A DNA stretch of 64,000 nucleotides from Azolla caroliniana. Lineage: Eukaryota; Plantae; Polypodiophyta. The stretch spans positions 806,001 to 870,000 of the forward strand of contig JBHGNT010000022.1 in assembly GCA_043228905.1 (NCBI GenBank). The letters are read 5' to 3'. Positions within the stretch are counted from its first letter, which is position 1; each line of letters opens with the position of its first letter. The notes under the pieces are model-generated. The model was given only the letters and a program-made list of their open reading frames with translations, was not told the origin of the DNA and searched no databases. Shown piece by piece: positions 1 to 12,084 of the stretch. The translations under genes and the position numbers were made by a program.

Positions 1-1362
1 ATGCTCTACCGTAATGGGAAGGTTTGTGTTCCAGATTTGCCTGAGGTCAAAAAGAGAATTCTTTTTGCATGCCATGATGCACCCTCAGCAGGGCACCCTG
101 GAATACATCGTACACTCGTTCTCATCTCCACTCAATTTTATTGGCCTAGGATGTGCCCTGACATACATAGCTATGTGACTAAATGTCACCAATGTCAGGT
201 TAACAAAGCCAAGAGACTTAAAGCCGCAAGACTTTTACATCCCTTGGACATTCCCAACAATAAGTGGAAAAGTATATCCATGGATTTTATTGTTAGAATT
301 CCTCGCACCCAAAAAGGCCATGATGCCATCTGGGTTGTGGTTGATCGACTAACTAAAATGGCCAAATTTATTGCTACTAAAACCATGGTAACAGCTCTTG
401 AATTGTCTTACCAATTCGTTGACGAGTTATCTCGTTTTTATGGCTTACCGATGGATATTGTGAGTGATCGAGATCCAAAGTTTACTAGTGACTTCTGGAC
501 GCAAGTCTTTAAGAAGTTAGAAACTACGTTGAGCATGAGCTCCACGGATCATCCTGAATCCGATGGACAGACAGAACGAGTAAATCAAATTATTGAGGAC
601 ATGCTTCGAGCATATGTTGGTGCAAAACCAACAAAATGGGAACGTTATCTCCCAATTTTTGAGTTTGCTTATAACAACTCCAAGCATACGTCGACGGGAT
701 ATAGTCCTTTTATGTTGATGTATGGTTTTTAGCCACGAGCCCCGATTGATGTTAGTATACATCATGATGAGTTGCGAAGTACGCAAAACTTTCTTCGGGA
801 TATGCAAGATATGTTGCATATTGCACGAGATAATATAAAAACAGCTCAAGATAGAGCGCGTTTTTACGCCGATCATCATAGGCAACCTTGTGTATTCAAC
901 CCTGGACAGAAGGTATTTTTTCGTGTACCTCACAATTCTAAGACATTGTCTACGGGTAAGTGCGCTAAGTTAGCCCCACGGTTTTGTGGACCTTTTACAG
1001 TCCTCAAATGCATTGGTTCATCAACCTATCGTCTCGCTCTTCCCGATGGTGTTGGAATTCATCCAGTCTTTCATGTGAGTCGTCTAAAAGAACTTCTAGG
1101 TTCTGGCGACAATACAGTTACAACTGAAACTTTGGTTACTTCTGAAGAATTATCTTCTAAACCACATGTCCCAGAAAGAATTCTCGATGTTAAAACAAAA
1201 AAATTACGTACTAAAGAAATCCAAGAATTTAAAATAAAATGGATGGATAAATCAATAAAAGATGCCAGCTGGGAACGTGAAAATACTCTCAGAACTAACT
1301 TCCCTAACTTTCCATTGCAAGAGTGCAATGTTTTAAAGAGGGGGAGTATGTTACGGGCATGA
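1..1362 (+). pseudogene. Ty3/gypsy chromovirus pol 3' part (integrase + chromodomain), interrupted by a stop at 730-732
   Basis: HHCC motif (CHDAPSAGH...CHQCQ), ISMDF, IVSDRD, DGQTER, GPF motif and a chromodomain (ERILD...FKIKW...ASWE). ORFs 1-732 and 772-1362 share one frame. Confidence 0.93.
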
Positions 1363-1802
1363 CCATATAATATCCCGTGGTGAGAATTACCGTAGTATTC
1401 TATACACGTGGATAAGTGTGAGGGTTAAATGAGAGTGTAGAGAAGGGGAGGATTACTTTTAAATCCTCGGGATTGAGACAACCCATTAGGCCAAGTGTGA
1501 ACTTGCCTGGGGGCCTTGGGTATCGCTATAAATAAGAGGCCTAGCTACCCTCATTTGACCAGCTAGTTAACTACGTTGAGACTCTGTCTTGTGGTGGGTC
1601 AACTCTTGTAGCAAGCGCGCCAACCCTAGGTACGACTCGACGCCACGACGGTGGTATGGGACGTCGATCGAGGCTCGAGTCTGTCTCGATCCCTTCGCTC
1701 GGGGGTGGTCGGGTGGATCGACACCCTTCTTTTTGTCTCCTTTCTTTCTATCTACCTTGATCTATCCTTATCTAATGCTTACTTTAGTACATGTCTCTAA
1801 TA
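1349..1802 (+). mobile_element. 3' LTR of the chromovirus
   Basis: PPT AAAGAGGGGGAG directly before TGTTAC; TATAAATA near 1527; ends TAATA (decayed TAACA). Homology to the empty paralogous site near 56500 starts right after it. Confidence 0.7.
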
Positions 1803-1879
1803 GTAGGGGTGACTACACTTGGTTGTGGTACCATCACAATGTTTTTTCATCCACATTTATTTACATAATTATGTGTTTT

Positions 1880-1883
<4 letters not shown>

Positions 1884-1960
<77 letters not shown>
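1884..1960. repeat. (GA)n microsatellite
   Basis: Uninterrupted GA run. Confidence 0.95.
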
Positions 1961-1963
<3 letters not shown>

Positions 1964-3519
1964 AAGGCTACCACGAATCTTAAAATGAGGGGAATAAAAC
2001 TTGTTAATACAATAAAATCAACTTTTTTTATCTACCTTCATGGATTTTTTAAGCATAAAAATAACAATTGATAGATTGCCCCTTAAGTTTTAATGCTTGG
2101 TAAACTTGCTTGATGAAAGCGACAAATTGCATTCAGTAACTTGGAAGTGGGCAAATATATATCAATCTTATGACATATAAAGTCAAATTTAATTTAACTC
2201 TCTCTCATGCTTTAGGGACATACAAGTGACATATATGAGCCATGATTGAATTGATAAGTTGTGTGGTGTGACACGGCCAAACTCTTCTTTTGTTCACATT
2301 CCATCTGTAAAATTTGAGTGCATTTTGATTTTTTCTCGAGATAAAGGTATCAAAGGCACATCAAAAAGTTGATAGAATGTAATGTCCTCTTATGACCCTC
2401 CAGGCATGTAACGTGAAATGGATCGAGAAAGCTCTATCCAATCACTTTCCATCTTCTTGTATGAGAACTCATTGCCAGAAATTGTTCACACCAAAAAGGA
2501 GATTCATAAATTTCATCTATGACGTCAATTAATTATATATTATCAATATTTTAGTTTTGTATTTGACTTTTCTTTTCTAGGAAAATGTTTTGTTCCCATT
2601 GCCCAACAACTTTTTTGTTCCCAGCTAGTAGCCTCAAAAGCATTGAATTGAAATTCCAAACTCCAATAAAACTTGTAAAAGTGTTCTTTCCATGCATGAA
2701 ATAAAAACACAACTTACAAGTATGGTCTAGACTCTAGAATTTTGGTATGTTTCGACGAGACTTCATATCTCTATCATTCCTTACTAACAAGTCTAGAAGT
2801 TAAACCAAAAGTTTTAGAAGCATCTTTTCGCAAAACCCTCGCTTGTGAAGGTACGGTCTGGCCCTTAAAAACACGTGACTCAAATCGTATCTTCATTACC
2901 CCCCCCCTTACCTCTATGAATGGGCTTATGTAGTGAATCATGATGATGAGCGCATCTGAGTCTGTGCCCCTTTTTCTCACATAAGTTAAACATTACCCTT
3001 ACATCAGATGGAAAAGTACCGATATCATCAACTCTAGGAATGGTAAACAAATAGTAATAAATTAAATAAATAGTAAATAGTAAATAGGAATGGAAAATGG
3101 GATTGAAGACATAAGTTTTCCATTTACCCTACTGACAGTGTGGAAAAGTACCGATATCATCAACTCTAGGAATGGTAAAAAGATAATATTAAATAAATAA
3201 TAAATAGTAAAAAGATAATATTAAATAAGTAATTCAAGATAAATAGTAGATAATATTAAATAAGTAATTCAAGATAAATAGTTAAAAATAAGGCTAAAAT
3301 AAATAACTGAAAATATATAAATAATTAAAAGTGAAACAAATTAAAGATAAATAATCAAAGAAAGAAAAATAAATAAAAGCAATTTCAATTCTTGATGATT
3401 ATTCATCAAGAGAGAGAGAGATAGAGAGAAAGAAAGAAAGATATATTAACGTATGTCTTTCTAAGGCCAAAATTCGCCCATGAGAGACATTCATCGAAAG
3501 TACAAAATAAAAATAAGAT

Positions 3520-3574
<55 letters not shown>

Positions 3575-4030
3575 ATATGTATATGTATGTACGTATGTGA
3601 TGGATGGATCTATGACGCAAGCAATTATGTTCACATGCATGCATTCATGTGGATGTATGCATGTGATTCATAGATATGCATGCATGCATGCATGCATGTA
3701 AATATGTATGTATGTGATGGATGGATCTATGACACAAGCAATTATATTCACATTCCATGCATTCATTGTGGATGTATGCATGTGATTCATAGATATGCAT
3801 GCATGTATGATATGTATGGTATGTATGTATGTGATGGATGGATCTATAACACAAGCAATTATGTTGACATTCCATGCATTCATGTGGATGTATGCATGTG
3901 ATTCATAGATATGCATGCATGCATGTATGGTATGTATGTATGTGATGGATGGATCTATGACGCAAGCAATTATGTTCACATTCCATGCATTCATTGTGGA
4001 TGTATGCATGTGATTCATAGATATGCATGC
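3575..4030. repeat. ~120-bp CATGCA-rich minisatellite, 4 units
   Basis: Unit GTGATGGATGGATCTATGACGCAAGCAATTATGTTCACAT...GTGATTCATAGATATGCATGC occurs four times. Confidence 0.9.
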
Positions 4031-4199
4031 ATGTATGGTATGTATGGTATGTATGGTATGTATGTATTGTATTGTATGTATGTATGGTATATATGTATGG
4101 TATGTATGTATTCTAAATTGATACTACATAGGTCCTCATGCTTATTGAACGTCTTGCTTGTTCCTCAAAGAGATCTACACTTGCTTCTGCAACAGTTGA

Positions 4200-5597
4200 C
4201 CATAATCAACTAGACACCACATAAGTGCCAATAAAGATCTCCTGCAAACTCCCCTCAGGCTTTCATCCCCAAACGAATGGTCAAATAGAACGTACAAATC
4301 AGACATTGGAGTAGTATTTTCACTATTTCATCAATTATCAACAAGATGATTGGGGTGATATATTACATTTTGCAAACTTTGCATATAATAATTTTATACA
4401 TTCTTCTACTAGGGTTACACCATTATATGTGTACACAAGTTATCATCATTGATGGTATTTATTCGAAACTCTCGAATTACCAACAAATCCTAGTGCTCAA
4501 GATCATTTGGATTGACTATGACAAATTCAAGCGGAACTTTGCAATCATCTACATGAAGTTGTTGGCATAAAAAGCTGACTCCTTCCACTTTGTATCCTTA
4601 GTGTGAACAAATTCTCTAATTAGGGCTTGAGTATATAAGCTCAAACCTAACATTGTAAAGATGGTCTTGGAGTAAAAAGAATTACAGAGAAGTTCCATTG
4701 AAGCTTAATTTGTGTCTATCTTCTACCTTCCTTCTTCTTCATGTTGCATATCAATGTTGTTTGCTGTATACATCTTACCTTGGAGGTCCTTATCATATTC
4801 TTCATCTAACATATTCCAACAGAAGCTCAAATAGCACGGAAAAACTATGTAGATTGACATCGACATCCATCCAATTTTGAAGTTGGAGATCAAGTATGGC
4901 TACGACGACGTCATATAAAAACTACGACATCATGTGCCAAATTGAATTATCAACGGTTAGGCCCTTTTGCCATGATCTACCTCCTGAATTACATATACAT
5001 CCAATATTTCATAGTTCTCTCTTCGAACCATGTCAAGTAAGTTTTGTTCCAAATTGTACTCCACCTCCACCCCCTATCGAACTTGAAAGTGGACCAAAGT
5101 ACGAAGTTGTTGAGCTATTCTTGATTCCAAGATTGTTCGCAACAATCAACATTATTTGGTGGATTGGCTAGGATATAGTCTGATCAACCGTACTTGGGAG
5201 CCGACAGAGAATGTTGCATATGTTGAAGCCCTTGTTGAAGAATAGCATCGAGAATACCTAGACAAACCTGGTTCTCAACTAAAGACGCCTTGTAATACTC
5301 ACATTAGAAAAAGAAGACAATGTCATGATATGAATGGCCTCAAATATGAATTGAACCCATGACCTTATCACACACGAATGGAAGCCTTACCATTAAGATA
5401 AATATTACAACATATAAAATTTCAACTTAAAAACTAGAAATTTCATGAATATTCTAAATATTTTGGAACATTCTATAAACTTTACGAATACTCTTGAAGG
5501 CTCTATAAATAGATACATATTATACTATTCACAACCAATTTGGTTCAATGCTAGTCTTAAGCCTTTAAGGTGTTCCTATCCTTGTACTCTTTTTTTT

Positions 5598-5646
<49 letters not shown>

Positions 5647-5764
5647 CTTGATAGAAGGGTTGCAAATGATGGTGTTTGGATGTACCATCTTGATTGGCGT
5701 GGATACACTTCTAGGTTCCCTACCTATGCTTATTGTTTGTTCTTTTTAAATGTGCAATGTGATA
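4200..5764 (+). mobile_element. Decayed Ty3/gypsy chromovirus (integrase C-terminus, chromodomain, 3' LTR 5321-5764)
   Basis: Remnant translations SGFHPQTNGQIERTNQTLE, FAYNN and GPKYEV..ILDSKIVRN..YLVDWLGY. A purine tract precedes TGTCATGA at 5321. Confidence 0.85.
4560..4821. mobile_element. Solo LTR inserted in the integrase remnant
   Basis: TGTTGG...CCAACA termini; 5-bp TSD GAAGT/GAAGC; TATATAA inside. Removing it restores the integrase reading NHLHEAQ. Confidence 0.8.
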
Positions 5765-5982
5765 TAAGCGTGAGTGTATGTCTAATTGTTTAAGCTTATG
5801 CGGTTAACTGCATTTATGCGTTCGTGTGTGCATGTGTACTTTTAATATTTATGCAATTAAACAATTAAGTGCATATAATGTGTTTGTATCTGAATTTTTA
5901 TGTATGTGTTATGTGTATCTTTTTCGTGCACTTGCGATTGAGCACGTAAAAATACATATATGTAAGTGAATGTGTGTGTGTG

Positions 5983-6359
5983 TAACAATGGACAATGGTT
6001 TGGTTTGGTTCCGTTTGAGAGGCTTCAATCCGAACCAAACTGTTAAATTTTTTTGAAACCGCTAAACTGTAAAAACCGCGGTTTCGTGGTTTGGTTTCGG
6101 TTTTCAACTTAGGTCAAATTTTAATTTTTAAAATTTTAAAATTATAATATTTCATTTTTTAAAATTTTTAAAATTTTAAAGATGTTCCTAAAATGTGAGA
6201 ATAAGGTCTAAAAATGAAAAGATTTTTTTTTAACAATTTTTTAATTTTTTTTAACAAATAAAAAATAAAAAGTCGTACCGTTTAAACCGCGGTTTTTGAC
6301 TGTTGAAACTGAACATTTTTTTAAAACCTAAACCTAAACCGAACCATTGCCGATTGTTA
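5983..6359. mobile_element. hAT-type MITE
   Basis: TIRs TAACAATGGACAATGGTT / AACCATTGCCGATTGTTA; 8-bp TSD TGTGTGTG/TGCGTGTG; AACCG subterminal repeats. Confidence 0.8.
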
Positions 6360-6686
6360 TGCGTGTGTAAATGTGTATGCATGTCATTATTTTTTTCCTT
6401 TTCTTTTTGTATGTGTAATTATGTATGTGTACAAAGTTTATGTGGATGTGGGTGTTTGTAATTTGTTGGAAAAGGAGGTGTATTTTGGTAATGTGAAGTT
6501 TCTCGTCTCTCTATTTATGTTTGCCATGCCCGTCATTCTTCTTAATCTACCTCCCCTTCTCTTTTTATCTCTTTTAATCATGATTTGATTATTTACATCT
6601 TTAGCCCTTCCTCCTCTTCTTCCTTCTTCCTTCTACTATAATTATTTACAATCATACCCTTTTTCATGCCATTCTTCGGCTTCATC

Positions 6687-6971
6687 TAGGAATCAACAAT
6701 GGTTCGATTTTGGCTTGACCGGTTTAGGCTTGTCCAAACCAAACAAGTTAAGCGTTAACCGGTTTGGCAGTTTTCAAACTTGAACCGAATTGGTTTGATT
6801 AAACTGGTTAAGCCTTTAAAGTCAGTTTGGCCCAAAACGTCCACTTGGCTTGAGCCTTGCCAAGCCAAGCTCAAACTGGTTTTGGAAGCTTGAACCAAGC
6901 TGAACCGCCAAAATGTTTAAAATGGTTTAATGGCTTGGTTTAGGGTTGAGCCCAGTCATTGCCAACTCCTA
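6687..6971. mobile_element. hAT-type MITE (related family)
   Basis: Imperfect TIRs TAGGAATCAACAATG / CATTGCCAACTCCTA; 8-bp TSD GCTTCATC/GCTTTATC. Confidence 0.7.
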
Positions 6972-7166
6972 GCTTTATCCTTAGGCCATTCTTGGGCTTC
7001 ATCCTCAAACCTTCGGGTTCTGGATGAGTCATGTGCTCGATTTCCCGATAATCGGTTTCGGTTTTCAAATTAGGGTAAAATCAAAATTCCACATTTTAAT
7101 TTAAGAGAAGGAAAAGTTTTCATATTTTAAATTTTAATTTTAAAAAATTTAAAGATTTTACCTAAT

Positions 7167-9427
7167 CATTTCGTGGTCATCTACCTTGATGACATTCTCA
7201 TTTTTCTGCAAACATGGCGGAGCACCCCCACCAAGTCCGATTAGTTCTTGCTAAACTTCGGGAGCACGACCTCTATGCCAAAAGTGAGAGATGCTAGTTC
7301 AACCGTACCTTGATAGAATTCTTGGGCTACATCACCTCGCCCACTGGCATCACGATGAATACGAAGAAGGTCTAGTAATTTGATAGTGGGAGACTCCAAA
7401 TCGACTTAAAGATGTGCAATCCTTCCTCAGCTTCGCAAACTTTTACCGTCGCTTCATCAAGGGGTTTTCCACCCTAGCCTAACCTCTTATCGCCCTCACC
7501 CACAAAGGTACTCCCTTTTTATGGACCTCGACAACACAAAATGCATTTGACTCACTCAAACATGCATTCATAATTTCCCCCGTGCTTCTACATGCCCACC
7601 CCACAAGACCCTTCCAAGTCGAAACCAATGCCTCTGACTTTGCAATTGGCGCCATCTTATCCCAAGCCGACAACACCAACATAGTGCACCCAATGGCTTA
7701 CTACTCCAGCAAATTCACGACACCCGAACTCAATTATCCAATATGCAACAAGGAGTTTGTGGCTATCATTGCTGCCTTGGAAGAATGACGCCCCTACTTG
7801 GCTGGCACACAACACCGTGTCCAAGTAGTAACTGATCATAAGAATTTAGTTCCTTTTTCCACGACTCGTACATTGAATCGAAGCCAAGCCCGTTGGTCAA
7901 CATTGATCACATTTCGACATGGTGGCCAACATGGGAAGGCCAAAGCCCTTTCTCGTTGAGCCAAACTTGCTATCTGCCCCGGGGATGCTACTCATGCTCA
8001 ACAATCTTGCTGTTTGTTGAAACCCAACCAATTGCATCTTTTTGCCACTTGTATGTTGCAGGATAATTTGTTACTCCAACATATCACCGATGCATCCATA
8101 ACAATGTGTTAGCTAACGAGATTGGAGATAGTCTGCGAAACCCCTCCATGACACCCAAATGGACGGACCTTGACCATTTCACCATAAAAGATGGTTTTCT
8201 ATTCCGAGATCATCTCTTATACGTCCCGGAGGGCCCATGTCGCACTCGGGTGTTGCGGGAATGCCACGATGACCCCCTTGCGGGTCATTTTGGGTTTGCA
8301 AAAACCCATGAACTAATCTCTCGGGGTATTGGTGGCCACAACCATGGAAGTGGGTCAATGAATAAATCAAGACTTGTGAGGTTTACGCTCGCTCCAAAGT
8401 TGCTCATCATCAGCCATACCGTTTACTCCAACCGCTTCCAAACCCGAGTCGTCCCTAGGCCTCTATCTCTATGGACCTAATCATTGATCTACCCTTGATC
8501 AATAGCTAGGACTCGGTGTTGGTCGTTGTCAATCGGTTTACAAAGATGGCTCACTTCACTCCATGCTCAAAAACCATTTCCAGAGAAGGAATGTCACATC
8601 TACTCCTCAACAATGTGGTTTGTTTGCATGGACTCCCCAACGATGTCATCTCTGATCATGGACCACAATTTGTCTCTTACTTCTAATAGCTCCTGCTGCA
8701 CACTTTAGGCATCTCCGTCAAGTTTTCCTCTACCTATCACCCCCATATTCATAGTTAGAAAGAGCACGTCAACCAAATCCTTTAGCAGTATCTTCGGTGC
8801 TCGGTTAGTTACAAGCAAGATGATTGGGTCAACTTACTTTCACTGGCAGAATTCGCCTAAAATCATTCTCTCCATGCATCGACTTGCATCACTCCCTTCT
8901 TTGCAAACTATGGTTTACATCCACGGTTCAACATTTCCCTTCCTACCACTTCTGTGAACCTTCGGCGGAGGGTACAACCCATGTTTTAGAAGAGCTACAT
9001 CATGACTTATCCTTAGAGCTTAGTCTCGCTGGCGAATGATACAATAAACATGTTGATCGCCATCGCTCTGGCACTCCACCTTTTGTCGTCGGCGACATGG
9101 TTTGGTTGTTATGATGGCACATCTCTACTACCCATCCATGTGTGAAACCTGATTCCAAGAAGTTGAGACCATTCCGTATAGTTGAGTGCATCAAAATCCC
9201 GTTGCCTTCCGGATGGCCCTTCCATCCCACTTCCGGATTCATGATGTTTTTCTTGTCTCCATCCTTGAACCCCATTATGCTTCATAACTCCCAAGACGCT
9301 AGGCCCCCCCTCCACCACCTATGCAGTTCACGATAGCGGAGGAATACAAGGTTGACCAAATACTTGACTCACGTTTGCGCTAGTGACATCTGCAATACCT
9401 CATCTTGTGGAAGGGTTACCCCCTATC
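7167..9427 (+). pseudogene. Degenerate Ty3/gypsy (Tcn1-like) pol: RT, RNase H, integrase, start of chromodomain
   Basis: HFVVIYLDDIL, ETNASDFAIGAILSQ and CHDDPLAGHFG, with many stops and frameshifts. Confidence 0.9.
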
Positions 9428-12084
9428 TGGCAAACTCCGCGCTCGGTGCGGGATGTGCAATGCTTTTTAGGCTTTGCCAATTTTTACCGGAAGTTTATAC
9501 AAGATTACTCAAAGCTCGTTCTGCCTCTCACACAGCTTACTAGGAAGGGACAATCGTTCGTTTGGTCTGAAGAAGCAGATATGGCTTTTGAGAGTCTTAA
9601 AAAGGCTTTTACATTGGCTCCAATTCTAGCTCATGTCGATGCGGAAAAACCATTCATTATCTAAGCTATTGCATCAGATTTCGCATTGGGGAGCATTTTG
9701 TCGCAACGGGGTAATGATGAGCAGCTACATCCTGTGGCTTTTCACTCATGCAAGTTTGACGCCGCCGAAATCAACTACGAAATTCATGATAAGGAGCTAT
9801 TGGCAATAGTGGACTCGTTTATGCAATGGAGGCATTTTTTAGAGGGATCCTCTCATCAAGTCACCGTATTCAGTGACCATAAAAACCTTGCCTACTTTCA
9901 GGATGCTCGTGTGCTAAATCGATGTCAAGCTCGGTGGGCCCACTTCCTCACGCGTTTCGACTTCAAAATTACATATCATCCGGGGAAGCACCAAGGGAAG
10001 GCAGATGCATTATCACGGCGTTCGTATGTAACAGCGTGTCCCGACGAGCCAACTTTCGATAATCAAAAGCAAGTAATCTTGGGACCGGCACGACTGCAAG
10101 CAACACAGGTTTTTGGCATGCCCATGGATTCCTACGTTATCAATATCATACGTGCGGACCTGAAGACAAATGCTTTTGCCCAAGCTATACTAACACAAAT
10201 TGATCCCTCTCGAGCGTCATGTTCACAGTCGCAACCACCAAGTACGGACTATCGGCAATTCAAATACCATGATGGATTACTCTTCTTTAAATAACTTTTG
10301 TATGTTCCTAATGGTTCTTGCCGCCTTCGAGTAGTACAAAACTGTCATGACACATATACAACTGGGCATTTTGGTAAAGTACTAAAACATTAGATTTAGT
10401 ACAACGATCATTCTGGTGGCCCCGTATGCGACAATTTGTTGAAGATTTTGTTCGGACTTGTGATACATGCTGCAGAGCGAAAATGCCAAGGCATCATCCA
10501 TATGGTTTATTAGAACCATTACCAATTCCAACAAGTCGTGGCAATCCATTGCTCTAGACTTCATCACAGATCTTCCAGTCTCTAAGGGTTTCAATGCGAT
10601 TCTAACAGTGGTAGATCGATATATGAAGATGGCTCATTTCTTGCCATGTACTAAGGAAATCTCCAGTGAAGACACCGCCAAAATTGTCATGCGTGAAGTA
10701 TGTCGGCATCATGGACTTCCCTTCAGTGACCGTGGACCCCAGTTCGTGTCAAAATTCTGGAAGCACCTTTTTAAAATGCTCAAGGTCACTTGTAACCTCT
10801 CCTCTGGCTACCACCCAAAACCGACGGCCAAGCCAAACGAACAAATCAAACGTTGGAGCAGTATTTGCGGTGCTTTCTCAGCTATCATTAGGATAACTGG
10901 GCAGAAATTCTCCACTTCGTAGAATTTGCCTATAATAACTCTATCCACGCATCGACTAAAGTTACACCCTTTTATGCTTATACGGGACATCACCCTCTGT
11001 GGAGTGTACTTGAAACCCCATAGGTGTCCACAAATCCTTGCGTAGAGGATCGTTTGGAGCAGTTACGCAAGATACAAGCAGATTTATCTACTCATCTCCA
11101 GCAAGCTCAACAAACACATAAGGTCTATGCGGATGGTTATCAACTTCCATCTAGTTTTAACATTGGAGATCGGGTGTGGCTGCTACAACGACACATCAAG
11201 ACTACTCGCCCATGTGAGAAGTTGGATTATCGGCGATTAGGTCCCTTTCGTATTATCGGAAAGATTAATGATGCCGCTTTTCGTCTCGATCTACCTCGTC
11301 AACTTCGGATACATACGGTGTTTCATAATTCTCTCCTTGAACCCTATCACGAGAGCACCATCCCAGGACATATTATACAACCTCCACCCCCGATCGAGCT
11401 TGAAGATGGACCAGAGTACGAGGTTGCTGCCATCCTTGATTCCAAGATTGTTCGCAACAAGCTCTACTATCTAGTCAATTGGCTAGGCTATAGTCCCAGC
11501 GAACATACTTGGGAACCGATTGAGAATGTGACCAATGCTCGTGTGCTTCTTGAAGACTTCCATCTTCAATATCCACAAAAACTGGGTCCTCCATCCAAAA
11601 CGACTCGTGACACTCGTCGTTTTAAAGGGGGGATAGTGTCATGATATGGCAAGACTCGAACCCATGACCTTAGATTATATGGGTCGAGCTCTTGACCATT
11701 ATATCATCTATTGTAATACGTAGGATATTATTTTCATTTACATTTTATTATAGGAAATTAATGTATATTCCTGATTTCTCTAGAACATTCTAGAAGCTTC
11801 AGAATTACTCCTGAGAATACTATAAAAGAGGGCACTAGGCATTATGTTGAACCAAATTGGTTAAACGCCAGTCTTTAGCGTCATAGCCCTTTTGTACTTA
11901 CTCTTCTTATAATATATAATCTGTTATCATCATCTCTCTCTCTCTCTCTCTCGTCCTTGCTATCTTTCTCTCTCCTCTTCTCTCTTCCTCTCTCGGGAGT
12001 CTTATGCAGTCCCGTCCTCTTAGTACTAATAGTACCTCCCTTCTCTAGTACTAATCCTCTATCTGTTTAGTACTATTCCTGACA
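9428..12084 (+). mobile_element. 5'-truncated Ty3/gypsy chromovirus: RT end, RNase H, integrase, chromodomain, 3' LTR 11637-12084
   Basis: [45 protein letters not shown]...YLVNWLGY; PPT AAAGGGGGGATAG; LTR TGTCA...TGACA. Confidence 0.92.

Larger units (their letters stand above)
1803..4110 (+). repeat. Gene-less copy of the MATE upstream region
   Basis: 2585-4110 aligns with 16447-17720. 1803-3410 aligns in inverted orientation with ~54310-56500. Confidence 0.85.

Noticed and set aside
1589-2071. 160-aa ORF with an ER repeat
   Set aside because: It spans an LTR and a (GA)n microsatellite and is not a gene.
3575-4030. Possible CRISPR-like array
   Set aside because: Whole units repeat with no unique spacers, and the context is eukaryotic.
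3399-4213. Several ORFs rich in M/H/C/Y
   Set aside because: They are translations of the CATG/GTAT minisatellite; the same holds at 17181-18156 and 54002-54216.
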